From Amphiscolops sp. MND2022 (Eukaryota), in assembly GCA_964187785.1 (NCBI GenBank), contig OZ076418.1:36394001-36458000 (forward strand): 64,000 bases of DNA, written 5' to 3'. How positions within the stretch are numbered: position 1 is the first letter of the stretch; every line of letters starts with the position of its first letter. This document shows positions 43,955 through 56,658 of the stretch, piece after piece. Below the pieces are notes generated by a model. It was not told the origin of the DNA. It did no database searches and was given only the letters and a program-made list of their open reading frames with translations. A program made the position numbers and the translations under genes.

Positions 43955-46900
43955 AGCCACGTCTTCGCTTCGGGGATTATATCGATTACCGATTTTACAC
44001 AACATCCGAACCCCCGAAGGACCACGATTTAGAGATGTTCGCAGAGTGTTCCGGTGAACCATCTACCGACTGGCAGCGGAGATGGCTCATACGGCGCCTC
44101 ATCAAGTTCAACAAATCCACCGTTGACAAATTGCAATATCCAGAATGGTACCAAGAAAACCCTCAACTCTACAATACAACCCGACGCCCTCTCCCTCCCA
44201 GTTCAACTCCTCTCACCTACATACTCGACCCAGACTACGACTGTGACCCCTACCACAACCCTGACCTATACGACCAAACTACCCTAACCTTCAAACAGAC
44301 AATCAATGTACCCTTCCACGCATTCGCCAAGAAAACAAACATGAATCTGGACACCACAAAGCGGAAAGATGATGGCAACCTCAGTCACTCACCCGTACAA
44401 CACGCCGAAGAACAAAACGAGGAAATACAAGTTATCGTCACACCCCCTACGATTTCTCTGAGACCAATCCTCAAACCACAAATCACCAATTCGACCGAAT
44501 ACGGGTCACCCACAAGAGTTCCGGCACACACAAATGAAATCCGGGCTGCAATGACGTCATCGCCATCATCTCCCCAAAGCCCTGAATTCCCAATAAAGGA
44601 TAGCTCCGTCCACCCAACAAACTCAACTACAGGCACGACAACTACACACAAAGAAGGGGACCCTTCCGACAATCCTGCAAATACAACCAACGCTAATACA
44701 GCCCCAAAGACGAGGCGGATCAAACGAGCACTGACATGCGAATTCAATCAAAATCCGCACCCAAACCCCAAACCGGTAGATACCCAACAAGATAACAATA
44801 ACCCACTGATACAACTGGATGAAGACCAGCTAGTCAACATCACCTCCACAAACAATCCAACGGGAGAACGATGCCTCCCAATATTCTCAGCAATTGCTCT
44901 CAAACAGAAAAGGCGCATGCTATTCGCACCGATGGATTTCCAACATTTTTCCATTGACGCCCTCATTGACTCCGGGGCCTTGGTCAATTGCATGCCCGAA
45001 CAAGAGTACCAAAAACTCAAAACCATGAGCCCCAATAATCTCCTACAAGAATCTGACCCACCGCCGTTCAAACTACAAGTCGCAAATGGCGACATTGAAA
45101 CCCCGATCAAGACTATCCAAGTGCAGTTTGAAATCGGCGACTGGACGTTCAAAGAGACATTCATAGTAGCCAGCAAAATCAATGGCCCCATTCTCGGCCT
45201 CACCTTTCTCAAAACCAACAGCGCCATCCTCGACGCAAGCCAGGGACTTCTCCACTTCCCTCATCTAACCTACGCAATAAACCCAGTGTCCGAAGAACAA
45301 CCAGCGAAACCACACAAGGTGTCCATCCCCAACCAAACGACACTGGCCCCTGACCAATGCATCACAATCGAAGCCCTAGTCAACATAAGGGCTATAGCAG
45401 ACACTACTGGCGTCATCCACCCACTCCCAAACTATTCTGAAGACAAACAAATAGTGATCGCCAGCTCACTATCCACAGTCCACGAAATGAAAATACCCAT
45501 CCGGATCACGAACACCTCACCTACCCCATTTACCATCAAAAAGAACACAGTGGTAGCTGAATTTCACATTACAACGCCCAACGAAGCGAAGAACATCAAA
45601 CCCATCCCCATCGCCGCGCTCAAAATCCTAACAGAGGACGACTCAGAACAGGCGCTAGAGTACGTAAACGAACTCTTAAAAACCACAGAAAAACCTGAGA
45701 CCACCCAACAGTTCTGGTTCCCAACTCCAGACAATCCGAGGGACCCATCAACCCACACCCCCGTCCAGAGAAGGATCCTCCGAGAAATCGAAGAACTAGA
45801 GGAAATCCAAAAACTCGACCCAACAACAAGCCCTCAAAGCAGACAAAAATTCCTCGAGAATTTTAAATGGGAGGACTCCCAATTGAACAGCCAAGACCGA
45901 GCTGACATAGAGAACATTCTGGTTGAATACCATGACGTCTTCGCCCGTCACCGCCTGGACATAGGCGTCAACCACGACTTCAAAATAAAACTGACCCCGA
46001 AAAACGATTAGCCGGCCTACACGCAGAGCCTACCCTGCCCAGTGAATCTCAAAGAAGATCTTACAGTAGAACTGGCATTGATGCACTACTACGGCATCAT
46101 TACCACGCTACCGTTTAGCAAATATGCAAGTCCCATATTTGCCCAGAGAAAACCAAACGGACGCCTCAGACTGCTAGTCGACCTCCGAAAGATCAACAAT
46201 TTGATAGCGGACGACTACACAAATAACAATCACCCGGTCAGCACCCTCTCAGACGCTGCCCAACACCTCGCAGGGAAAAAGCTATTCTGCAAGCTAGACT
46301 GCTCCCAGGCTTATCACGTCTTGCAAATGGCAGACAAAAAGTCGGTCGAACTCCTAGCTTTCAATTTCGCCAGTCGAACATTCGCATACCTCCGACTCGC
46401 ACAAGGGCTCAGCAGGTCCCTCTCCTCCTTCTCGAGCTTCATGAGAGAATATCTCGATCGAGTCATCAAGGCTGACAAATGCGCTCAGTACGTTGACGAC
46501 ATCGGGATTGCCACCCACAACGCCGAGGAGCTGAAGACCAACCTGCGTGAGGTCTTCCAGTGCGTACGCGAAGCAGGCCTGCGTTTGACAATGGCCAAAT
46601 GCCAGTTCGGTGCCAAGGAAGTCCAATTCCTTGGACGAACAGTGTCACCAGAAGGAATTGCCCCCCAAGATCAGAAGATCCACAACTACCTACAAAAACT
46701 GACCTTCCCAAAAACCAAAAAGGGTCTCCAGCGCTACATTGGCTTCGTCAACTACTACCGGAATTACATTCCCAGGCTTTCCGAAAAGATAGCCCCTTTC
46801 CACGAGCTCATCAAGGCTGAAAAGCCCATCAAGATCACAAACGAGATCATGAACTCCTTCACCAACATCAACAAATCTTTGGACAATGCCTGTGGTTTGT

Positions 46901-49359
46901 GGCTCAAACAACCTATGCCTAACAGACAATACGTACTCATGACCGATGCCAACTTCAAAAATGCAGGTTATGCCCTCATGATCGAAGAAAACCCCGAAGA
47001 AAAAATCAGCTCAGTCCGAAAAACCTACGCACCAGTGGCATTCGGGTCAAAAATGTTTTCCCCGTCACAAATTAAAATGTCGATCTACGCGAAAGAATTT
47101 CTGGCAATATACTTCGCTTTCATGGAGTATAGCCACATTCTTTGGGAATCAACCAAACCGGTTGTCGTCCTCACCGACAATAAATCAGTGACACGTTTCT
47201 TTCAAACCAAAATCATACCCCCGGCCCTCTGGAATGCCTGCGATTTTGTTCTTCAGTTTCACTTCACCATTGCTCATGTGCCGGGCAAAATGAACACTGC
47301 CGCGGACTTCCTGTCCCGCCTCGACCTTCATCCAAAAGACAAGGTCCACCTCACAATAAGAGATGACATACGAACAACACCGATCCAGGTCAACATCCAG
47401 TCATCCGATGTCGCGGAAGAAGAACAATTTTTCTTCATGCCTGATGATGACACGGAAACTGAAGAACAAATATGGGAGCGCAAGCTCCGTGCACGAAAGA
47501 AAATTGCCGATGACAACAATAAAGAACCTGGCCCCGACGAAACCAATCCCAAAACACCAAACAATGACCAAGAAGTTACCATATTTCAAACGGAAATACT
47601 CGTAACCCAAGGACCACCCAAAGCTACCGACGAACACGACGGTCCGTCGAAGACCATGAGGCAACAACAGGACCAAGACAATGTCCTGCGAAATTACAAA
47701 CTCCGCTTGCTCAAGGAACCTCACAATGAACAACTCTTGGCAACCGACCCCCGAGCAGCCAAATACAGCGCACAAGCCAACCGAATAATCCTAAAGGACG
47801 GACTGTTATACCGACAGTATTACGACCACGCAGGAAAGGTCAAATTCCTGCAAATCCTGTTACCTGCACATTTGGTTGACTCCTTCATCCTAGCGCACCA
47901 TGGCCAAGCCAATAAACACCCCGGAATAGCCAAGGTAATACAGCAATGCAGAGAGAAATATTACTACCCAGGCATGGCAGCCAGAATAGCACACCACATC
48001 TCCAGGTGTACCGACTGCATGCAGACCAAACGAACGGACAAACGATCCATTACACCACCAATGATCGACACTTCCAAACTGGCCCTAGGCCCAGAAGATG
48101 CACTTCAAATGGACATCGTCCCGTTTGATGAGCCTTCCGGTGGCTATAACGCGATTGTCACTGCAATGGACGTCTACTCGCGCTACCTCTTCACCTACAA
48201 TGTCGTCAAAACGGACGCCCCCACAGTAGCCCGAGTTTTGGTCGACATCATGACCCGTCACGCCTACCTCCCTACTACAGTCATCACCGACAAGGGCACT
48301 CAGTTTATGTCTGAGGTAATGGCAGACGCGACGAGAACCCTGGGCATACAACTCCGTCATGCTACCACTAAACATGCCCAAACCATCGGAATTTTAGAAA
48401 GAAGCCACGCCTCTCTGAAAGAATCGCTGAAAATCTCGACAGGAGAGCGCCGGACGATGTGGCATCAATACGTAGCCATCGCCACGCTGAATTACAACAC
48501 ATCGTACCACTCCGCCTTAGGGTGTGAACCCAGCCGAGTGTTCCACGGGAGGATCCCATATAACGTGTTGGACCTCAAATTTGGCATACGAAACCAACGA
48601 CCTACAACTACGACGACGAACATGGGAGAAGACATTCTACACAAAACACAGCAAATCAAAGAGGCGGTGAACAAAAACTTAATGCAGTCATACGTGCGAT
48701 ACAAACAGTATTACGACAAAAAAGCAAACGCCCACCCCCTCAATGTCAACGAATACTGTTACGCCTTACACCCAAAAGCGAATACCCAGGGAACCAAACT
48801 CCCATTCAAAGAATACCTCTGGACAGGGCCCTATATTATTGTCAAAGTGCTCCCCAACAACAATTACCTAATACGGAAACTACAGACAAACTATACACAA
48901 ATCCTACACAGGATTCGCTTGAAACCATGCCCTACCGACAAATCGCTCCCAGACAAACCTGTCTTGCCCAAAGATTACACCCCAGACAAGGAAGTAGACG
49001 TCTTCCACGACGACCTATATGCGCAGGCATGGCAGTCCAATTTCGATGAGTACACCTCAACGACACCCCCATTTCAAACAGAACCCACAATAACAATTCC
49101 AGAGTCACACGACGATCTACCTACCCAAACGGACAACCCAACGAATGACCCAGGAGATTTTCCCCTGGAACCTAACCCAAACGAACACCCAGGAAATGCC
49201 ACGCTAAACGCCGATCCTGATGCCACTGAAAATGATACCCCAACCCCGAATTCTCCCCGAAAAAACAAATACAACTTAAGGGCAAACCCTCCATCAAATT
49301 GGAAGAAGGATTATGCTTATTATAATCCGATAGATGCTGAACCCAACGCGACAGACTAA
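43948..49359 (+). pseudogene. pol: Pol (PR-RT-RNaseH-IN) interrupted by one in-frame TAG at 46009-46011
   Basis: DSG protease (44968), YVDD (46489), RNase H TDA/TDN/ADFLSR, integrase HHCC with D,D,E (QMDIV, TDKG, LERS). ORFs 44035-46011 and 46042-49359 are in the same frame. Confidence 0.9.
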
Positions 49360-49927
49360 AACTCCCAACTAACTGGAAGGATCATCGTCTCATTTACCCT
49401 ATTACAAACTACTTAATCACCCCTACGACTCAACCTAAACTCACGAGAAAACAAATTCGAAGGGCAAAGAAATAAATTCAAGAACTCCCTGTACTGTTTT
49501 ACTTGCCGGGTTTGTTAACAAACCCCCTTTTTTTCCACAAAGTGGCGATTCAATTTTCAGACAATTTTGTCTGTGTTTGCTTACTATGGTAAATCGACAT
49601 ACTGATGGACCTTTCGGACCAATAACAACAGAAATACAACATATAGCAGTACAAATACAACTAAATCTAAAGTTTGATCCAATTTTGCTACAATGTGTTT
49701 CATCGCCCGGATCCACGTTTCACTGACCCACTAGAACTGCCTTTACCAGACGACGACCCAGACACACCACTTTGCCGAAGATCTTTCTTCATCTTGACGA
49801 TCTCCGCAATACTGCCAGAACCACCCGCCTGCTTGACCGTTTTGCCGACAGACTTCACTGAAGGGGGAGTATTAACGGCGGAAGAAGTCCCAACATTCTC
49901 CTCAACAACAGATGCAGCATGCGAGAA

Positions 49928-52900
49928 TTACAACTCGAGTAACAATTTATCAGGAGACGCGGTCGCGGCATACAAGCCCAATCCAGCTCGTCGACGCCAT
50001 TCCGATACTTGATCCAGATAGTATGCATCGAAAGCATCTCGCAATCTTCGATACATATCACAGCGGGTATGAGCATACAACGGCCTCCACGGTGCAAACG
50101 AAGCGTCCTCCATGAAACCCTTCCCGTTCGGCAAATTGGTTTTCAGTTCTTCTAGACAGTCCCTGGTCAACAACTCTCCGGAGGCAAACTTCCTGAATGT
50201 CACATATGACTGACAAGCAAATATCGAAGACAGCAGGATCTTTTTCGGCACCAAAGCTCCACTCAAGGACATATCCACGACAGGATAATTGACACACCGC
50301 GGAACCATCGCCATTGCAGCAATTTGTACCACCTTATCCAAATTCAGCCGACAGTCTAGAAGTCCGGAATCCCGCAAGAATACAAAACTGTCCTTGATCG
50401 ACGACACAACACGCCGATTCCGACGCCGTAACTCCACAAGTAGAGATTTGAACTCATTACCGGCCGCCTCACAATCCAACGACGCCAACCGCCCACAGTC
50501 AAGAAAACAAGTCGTCAAATCTTTGAACAATTGAACTGCGTAAGATTCATCGCCCAACAACATCATATCAGGCGCAAAGCAGCTCAGATTTGAGGACAGG
50601 ACAGACTTCGCATATGCCGACTGATTTAACACCTTCAAGAATTCCGAAAGAAACCCATGGCACTCACGGAGGAAAGGCCGCCGAACAGTATCTCCACAAG
50701 CTGATAAGGCCACGGTCACAAGGGGCTCACCACGAAGACACTCGACGAAAGGAATATTAGCCCACGTAGTCAAGGGACGACCGATGTACTGGCTCCAAGC
50801 CTCGATCTCAGGCAGACTACTCAACTTCTTGACTTTGCCCAGCAAACTCCAATAAAAATAGCAGAAATCGGAATAATTACGACAGGTGTAGTCAGTCACT
50901 GATTCATCAAACTGCTTCACAAAGTTGGCCTCGAAGCACGCAACAAGAACATGCAAGACACTCAATCGGGGCAACACTAGGGTATCCGACACAATGAGCT
51001 GACCAACGTCAAGAGGAGCCTTGCCCTTTGAAGGAAGAACAGTCCCCGTCTCTTTCAAGAATAGTGTCACATCGGCCCAATGATGTATCAACTCTGAGAT
51101 AGCAGCACGCAAAGAAGGAAACGGCACCTGGCGCTGGCTTATACACACACGAAAAGTCGGCAGAGACTCTAACCAAGGCTGGTGGACGGCTCTGACCAAG
51201 CGCAATAGCAAATAGTCCAAAATAGCAAATGGATCCAACAAGTTTGCACCAACCAAGCCAGCTTCACGAATATGCTCTCTAAAGACATCAGGGGTATACT
51301 CCAGCACAGGCAGTGGCACCGGTCGACCTTCGTTCTTGCACCACGAAGAAAACACATTGAACAGCGTCGAAGGACAGCCCCGGACAGCAACTGGAGACTG
51401 ATCAATTGGGAGAATCGCGAGGACGCGGGTCAAGCACTTGATCTCTGCATCGCACAGCCCAGGAGAGACTTCTTCCCACAGCACACAAACCTCGCGGACG
51501 ACATCGCTAGCAAAGAAGTGGACATAACACTGCACCCCACTATCGTCACGCCGGAAAGAAATACTGAAGTCAGACAGCTTACAACCAGATTGCACCCGAC
51601 GCAAAATTCGGGGATACAATGTCTGACACAAAATAACAAATGACTCAGTTTTACTCCAGGTGGCTTGGGCATAGCTGGTCTCCACGGGGATGGTCGTCCT
51701 GAACTGACTCCACAAACGTCTAAGGAAGCTGTGGGACCCGCCACTCCGCAACAATTCAAACAAACCCCCAACCAAGGTTGAGCAAGGCACATTGGAAACT
51801 ACGCCCACAAGAGCGTCCACCTCATCCTCCTCGAACGCATTCTTTGGTCGAAGAACAACAGGGGGCGTCAGCTCAATTTCAGCACGCAACTCTGGTGATA
51901 TGGTGGCAACAGCAATCTCATCAAACTTCTCTGTGTAGATGAAATCTTCATGGTCAAGCCGATATCGGCGGTCCTTTGCGAAATGGGTTTTGCGACCGAA
52001 ATGCCTCCAGATTTCCAGCTCCCCACGCGACAGAAACGAAACATCTTTACGGCAAATCGCACAATTGAACCCGTTTGGGTTCTTATCAGTCCTTCGGCTA
52101 ACAAAGAGCCGAGGAATCGCATGTGTAGCCATCTCTCTGCGAAGAACATGACGCTCGCTTTGCCGTTTTTTCCTTCTCTCGTACTTCGCAAACAATTTGC
52201 TCTTGGTCTCCTCCTCAGCGTTCAAATGCCCACGGACTCGATGCAGTTGGATCCCTTTTTGCTTGAGCAGGCGCATGATTTCGTCCAGACCTACAAACAG
52301 AAATACAAACACTCATAACCAAGTCACCCCGAAACCTACTATCCCGCCCCTCTCCAATCAACTATCACTGAATCAAGAAATACACGGAGTATAAAGATGA
52401 TAACTACTGATACTGGAAATGAGCCATAAGAGTGCAATACTAACGGCGCGACAATGAACGATCCTCCACACGACTCTGGGTCCGCTCCAATCGAACAGCT
52501 GCCTGGCCGAAAGCCAAAACCTGTGATGCCGACATACACACAGCACCTTCTGGCACATCCTTCAACCCAGCTAAAAAGAAGATCATGGGTGAACACAGTT
52601 CAGACAGACTGCATACGGCAAAAAAAAACAAAAACGAAAGACAGACCAAAATAACAACCACTAATAACCCAACAACAAAACTATAATCACCTTTAGCCCA
52701 TTCATTGTGGATCACAGAGCGCTCCAGGCCTTCGGCAAGACGAGAATGCTGGGTCCGCCCCCGCTTAGGCTGATCACTACACCCAAGCTCCTCGCTGGAA
52801 GCAAAGCCCCCCGTCACTGGCAAAACACCTTCAGAGTCCGTCGAATGAACCCCCGCAGACGTATGCATCCCAAAAGGTGAGGAAACGACTATAATCAAAA

Positions 52901-53641
52901 ATATACAAAGTATGGACAAATGACATGTGATAACAAAGGAGAAGATTTACCCACCACTAGTCTCTACATTAGGTGCAGCTGACGCAGTAGCAGTTTTCCT
53001 GGCAGGTGTCCCAGAACAGGACCAACGACCACGCTTCACGGGACTGCCTTCAACGAAGGACACTTCGCGACGGACACGTTCCACAGTAGCTGGCACGCGA
53101 ACAGAAGACCCAGGAACATAATCCTCATCATGAGAATCGTCAGACAAGCCTAAAACACAGACAAGGTGGATGAAACGACGCGTCTGTATACTAGCATGAA
53201 AAGTTAGCTGGCCACTAACAATTCGCTAAGGAACTCACCCTTTAAATCATGCAAATAGTCCAATTCATGGCGGGCGTCACTAGATGCTGAATGCACAGAA
53301 TTTCCTCCATCATCATCATCATCATCGTCACCGGTATCGCCGCGGGGAACACCAACTTCACTCAGACTAGACCCAGATTTATCAGAGTCGCTGTCATCAT
53401 CTTTTTCTCCAAATCCACGCCCACCACAAGACACCGGAACTTCCAACTCAACAGGAGAATCTCCAGTGACAGCCTCATCAGTTGTCTCAGCAATAATCAA
53501 TTGCGATTCCTCCCCATTCCCTTCATCCAGACCACTCGCGACTTCTCCTCCTCCTAACACTGCTTCACCCTCGCTCTCCATAACTCCAATCTTTCCTGCC
53601 TGTAACAGTCGTTGATCATCTTCGTCAGTCGAATTTGACAT
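49928..53641 (-). CDS. Predicted five-exon antisense gene (~1,094 aa): acidic low-complexity N-terminus plus a hAT-transposase-like body with a C2H2/BED-like finger
   Basis: Exons 53641-53239, 53149-52955, 52888-52691, 52570-52445, 52290-49928, with GT-AG introns all in phase 1 and total 3,285 nt. Motif CAICRKDVSFLSRGELEIWRHFGRKTH. The 794-aa last-exon ORF is solid; the splicing model and hAT call are inference. Confidence 0.65.
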
Positions 53642-53922
53642 CGTTCGCAAGCAAATCAATCTAAAAATGTCAACACAATAATACCAATACGAAGACGTGG
53701 CGTAAAACCAACGAGATTACTACTATACAATATTATTAGTATGACGTAATGGAAGTCATTCAGTCTGCCAGCTGAAAACTTTCCCATTCATGCAAGCGGC
53801 GTGAACAAAAGAAAAGAACGGAATTAACATTCAATTACTCGACCATTCCGCAGAACAGCCGCTCAGCATTACTTACAAGTATTACTATTTATTGCATACA
53901 ATTTATTTACTCATCGGATCAA

Positions 53923-54558
53923 ATGAATTCATCGACACTCAATTCCTCAACCGATTATTTCATTTTGGACCGCGACCAAGACGCTGCCCCAGTAAACCCC
54001 TGTGCACAATCAACACCTAAGGTGCATGGTGATAATTGCGAAAATACTCAAACACCAATAATTGAGGATATTTACGAGATTATTAACACTGGGACGGAAC
54101 ATATTGTCCTTTATCATGAGTCGGCACCAATATCTATATTAGCAACGGCCCAATCGGACACATTACCATACAGGAAATTTGTCAACTCCAACCCGATCAT
54201 CCCGGATGACGAATTCACGAGCCCCCCTAGAAACTACGAGAACATGGACAATTGGCTATACGGGCCGCACGATGGGACAATCAGCCCCATCTCCAGTAAC
54301 TCTAGTTCGATAGGTTACTTCTCAGGAAGTGACTGGTCAACCGATTCGTCCTGGCTATCTTACGATTCAATGGTACAATCGGTATTTCTTCCGCCAATAT
54401 CGTCGCCTTTCAGGCCAATTTCTCCATTACCTCCCATAGTGGACGTCCCTCATCAAAGCAGGGGACTGTCGCAGCCCTCTAGGAGCAGCGAAATAACGAA
54501 TACAAGGAGAACGCCAGAGGAAGGAAATAGAGAAATCAACCAGAAAGGGACCGAATAA
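53923..54558 (+). CDS. 211-aa Ser/Pro-rich ORF running through the PPT into the 3' LTR; function unknown
   Basis: ORF track only; low complexity, no motif recognised. Confidence 0.3.
   Translation: MNSSTLNSSTDYFILDRDQDAAPVNPCAQSTPKVHGDNCENTQTPIIEDIYEIINTGTEHIVLYHESAPISILATAQSDTLPYRKFVNSNPIIPDDEFTSPPRNYENMDNWLYGPHDGTISPISSNSSSIGYFSGSDWSTDSSWLSYDSMVQSVFLPPISSPFRPISPLPPIVDVPHQSRGLSQPSRSSEITNTRRTPEEGNREINQKGTE
54455..54465 (+). other. Polypurine tract
   Basis: AAAGCAGGGGA just upstream of the 3' LTR. Confidence 0.7.
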
Positions 54559-56525
54559 GAACATCATTCACCCTGAAAGAAACAATTAACAAACAACCCA
54601 TCTAAACTATCCAACAAACATTATTAACCCAGCGCAGTACCTAAAATACATAAATATGTAAATACTTAAATAATATTAAAGTGCTATTAGTGTGATTTGT
54701 TTACAGTAAAGCGACCAGCATATTGACCGAAATTAACTCAGCCAACACGCTGATCAATTTACCGCTACAATAACAATGGAGCTAAAGCAGATTAAATTTC
54801 ATTCCAATTTCATCGGACCAATCAGCGATTAGCGCAAATTCACCGCGCTAGCTGAACAGCAATACCAGGCAGCTCACCAGTCGACCGAGTGCTGGGTCGC
54901 ACGCCTGGTCGCACGCTTGAAACAACTGAAGCAATAGTATTACTGTATAACATGTTGTGCTATTCTATCGTGAACACAGAGCTTAAAAGAAGCTCAAACC
55001 ACAAATAAATAACCGATGGAAATAATGAAGGGTCTAAATGATGAAAGTATTTGTTTTATTATTTAGGTCAACCGCCTGGTCACCCAACTCTACTTTCCAA
55101 ATGGGACAACCACCGGGACAACCGATCAAATATAGTTGATATTACTGTGCATTAATTATTAGTATAACTTGGATAATATTGTTAATTTGTCCTGATCCCC
55201 CCACCAGAGCAATATTTCGTTCGTTTTGTAGTATTTTTATTCAAATATTACTGTGTTGGTAGAGCCCCACCCCGGGTCGACCGCCGGGGCAACTGCTTAG
55301 TTGAGAACGAATGAAAGATTAACTACATTGTGACAAGTGCTGATTATTAATTTGTTATGAACGTTTATTGATTGAATGGCATATAATACTCACTAAAGCC
55401 ATTAAAGTTGCGTTAAACCCCCCCACTGTGTTGATTAACGATGTTGAATATCCGGTCAAGTGTTCCGGAAAATTTCAGTTTAACACTCCGCCCTGGCATT
55501 CGACCAGAACTTTAACCAACGAATTAATCCGCCCAAATTGATCATTTTGTGTTCAGTTGATGAGAATAATAATGCCCGAATTCCCATTTTTCCTAATTTA
55601 GTGCAGTTTTATTTTATTTAGAGTTTCATTTTCTTCGATGTAAACTTCATTTCCTTTTCCCGCTTCAGTAGCTAGGTTCATGAATTTCAGTGCTAACTTC
55701 GGTTCGGCGTCTTGAATTGGCGGGAAATGAAGAAGAAAGGTACGCGGAATTGGGACTTCGGCAGGAAGTTGATTCCCACTTTTCCTTTGAAGTGAGATGA
55801 AGCCGAAAGCCGAGTCCCGAGGAAGCGTACCTGACTTGGATTTTCTTGCCTCGGAAGGACGCCGAGCTGAACGAAGTGTGAATTCACGCGCGGGATTTAT
55901 CCCGCGTGTCTAGCGCAAAGTATAAATACCTGAAGTGGGAAAAGGAAAAGGACATTGTTATTTTGATTTCGCGAAAGCTCAACCTTGATTTGTAATTCCC
56001 GAAACTTTGAATTTTGAGTTTTCAATTATTGATTGTACTCTTTTATTTGCTTGCGAACGTTTTCTTTGGATTTGAGACTGTATCTTTGCATTGGAACAAG
56101 CTTGTTCTAGAAACTCTTGATTTGTTCAACCACCAGTTAAACCAGTCGAATTAACCTGTTTGATCAACTAAACTTTTCGACGATGCCCGAGAAATCTCAG
56201 AAAAGGAAACTTAGGAGTGACCCAAGTAGTAGTTTGGAAAATGTCGAGTCTACAAGCCAGGCTTCTGATGAAAATACTTGCTTGACTGATCAAGACTTCT
56301 CAGATATTTCAAACAAGATTGAAAATCGACTGTCCAAAAGACTAAGAGACGCAGAATTTGGACAAAGAGAAATTTTGAAATTAATCGAAAATCTAGCTGC
56401 GAAAGTAGATGGTCTTTCAAATTCCGCCACTGAACCTTCAGGTTCGGTTCTACGACATGATATCGAGCCTGAATCAATAGGGAACTCCGAACCCATCGGC
56501 AACTTAGTGAACGTTAGTTCCAACA
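54467..56525 (+). repeat. 3' LTR (2,059 bp), including a copy of the first ~114 gag codons (from 56183)
   Basis: Near-identical to the 5' LTR and followed by the TSD CTATC. Confidence 0.95.
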
Positions 56526-56658
56526 CTATCAAGATAATTGCTAGAGCTTTACAGTTACTCCAGAGGCTGTTTTTTACGAAATTTCCTTCGATCTTACCTA
56601 ACTTACTTCTCTATCTTGTCTCATGCCTTGAGTTCCATCTTTCTCTCTTTGAAAGCTA

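Larger units (their letters stand above)
40844..56525 (+). mobile_element. Full-length Ty3/Gypsy LTR retrotransposon (15,682 bp)
   Basis: TG...CA LTR pair, 5-bp TSD CTATC (40839-40843 and 56526-56530), gag, PR-RT-RH-IN domain order, PBS-like and PPT sites. Confidence 0.96.

Noticed and set aside
49928-52312. Envelope gene
   Set aside because: It is antisense to pol, has no signal peptide or clear transmembrane anchor, and carries a zinc-finger motif instead.
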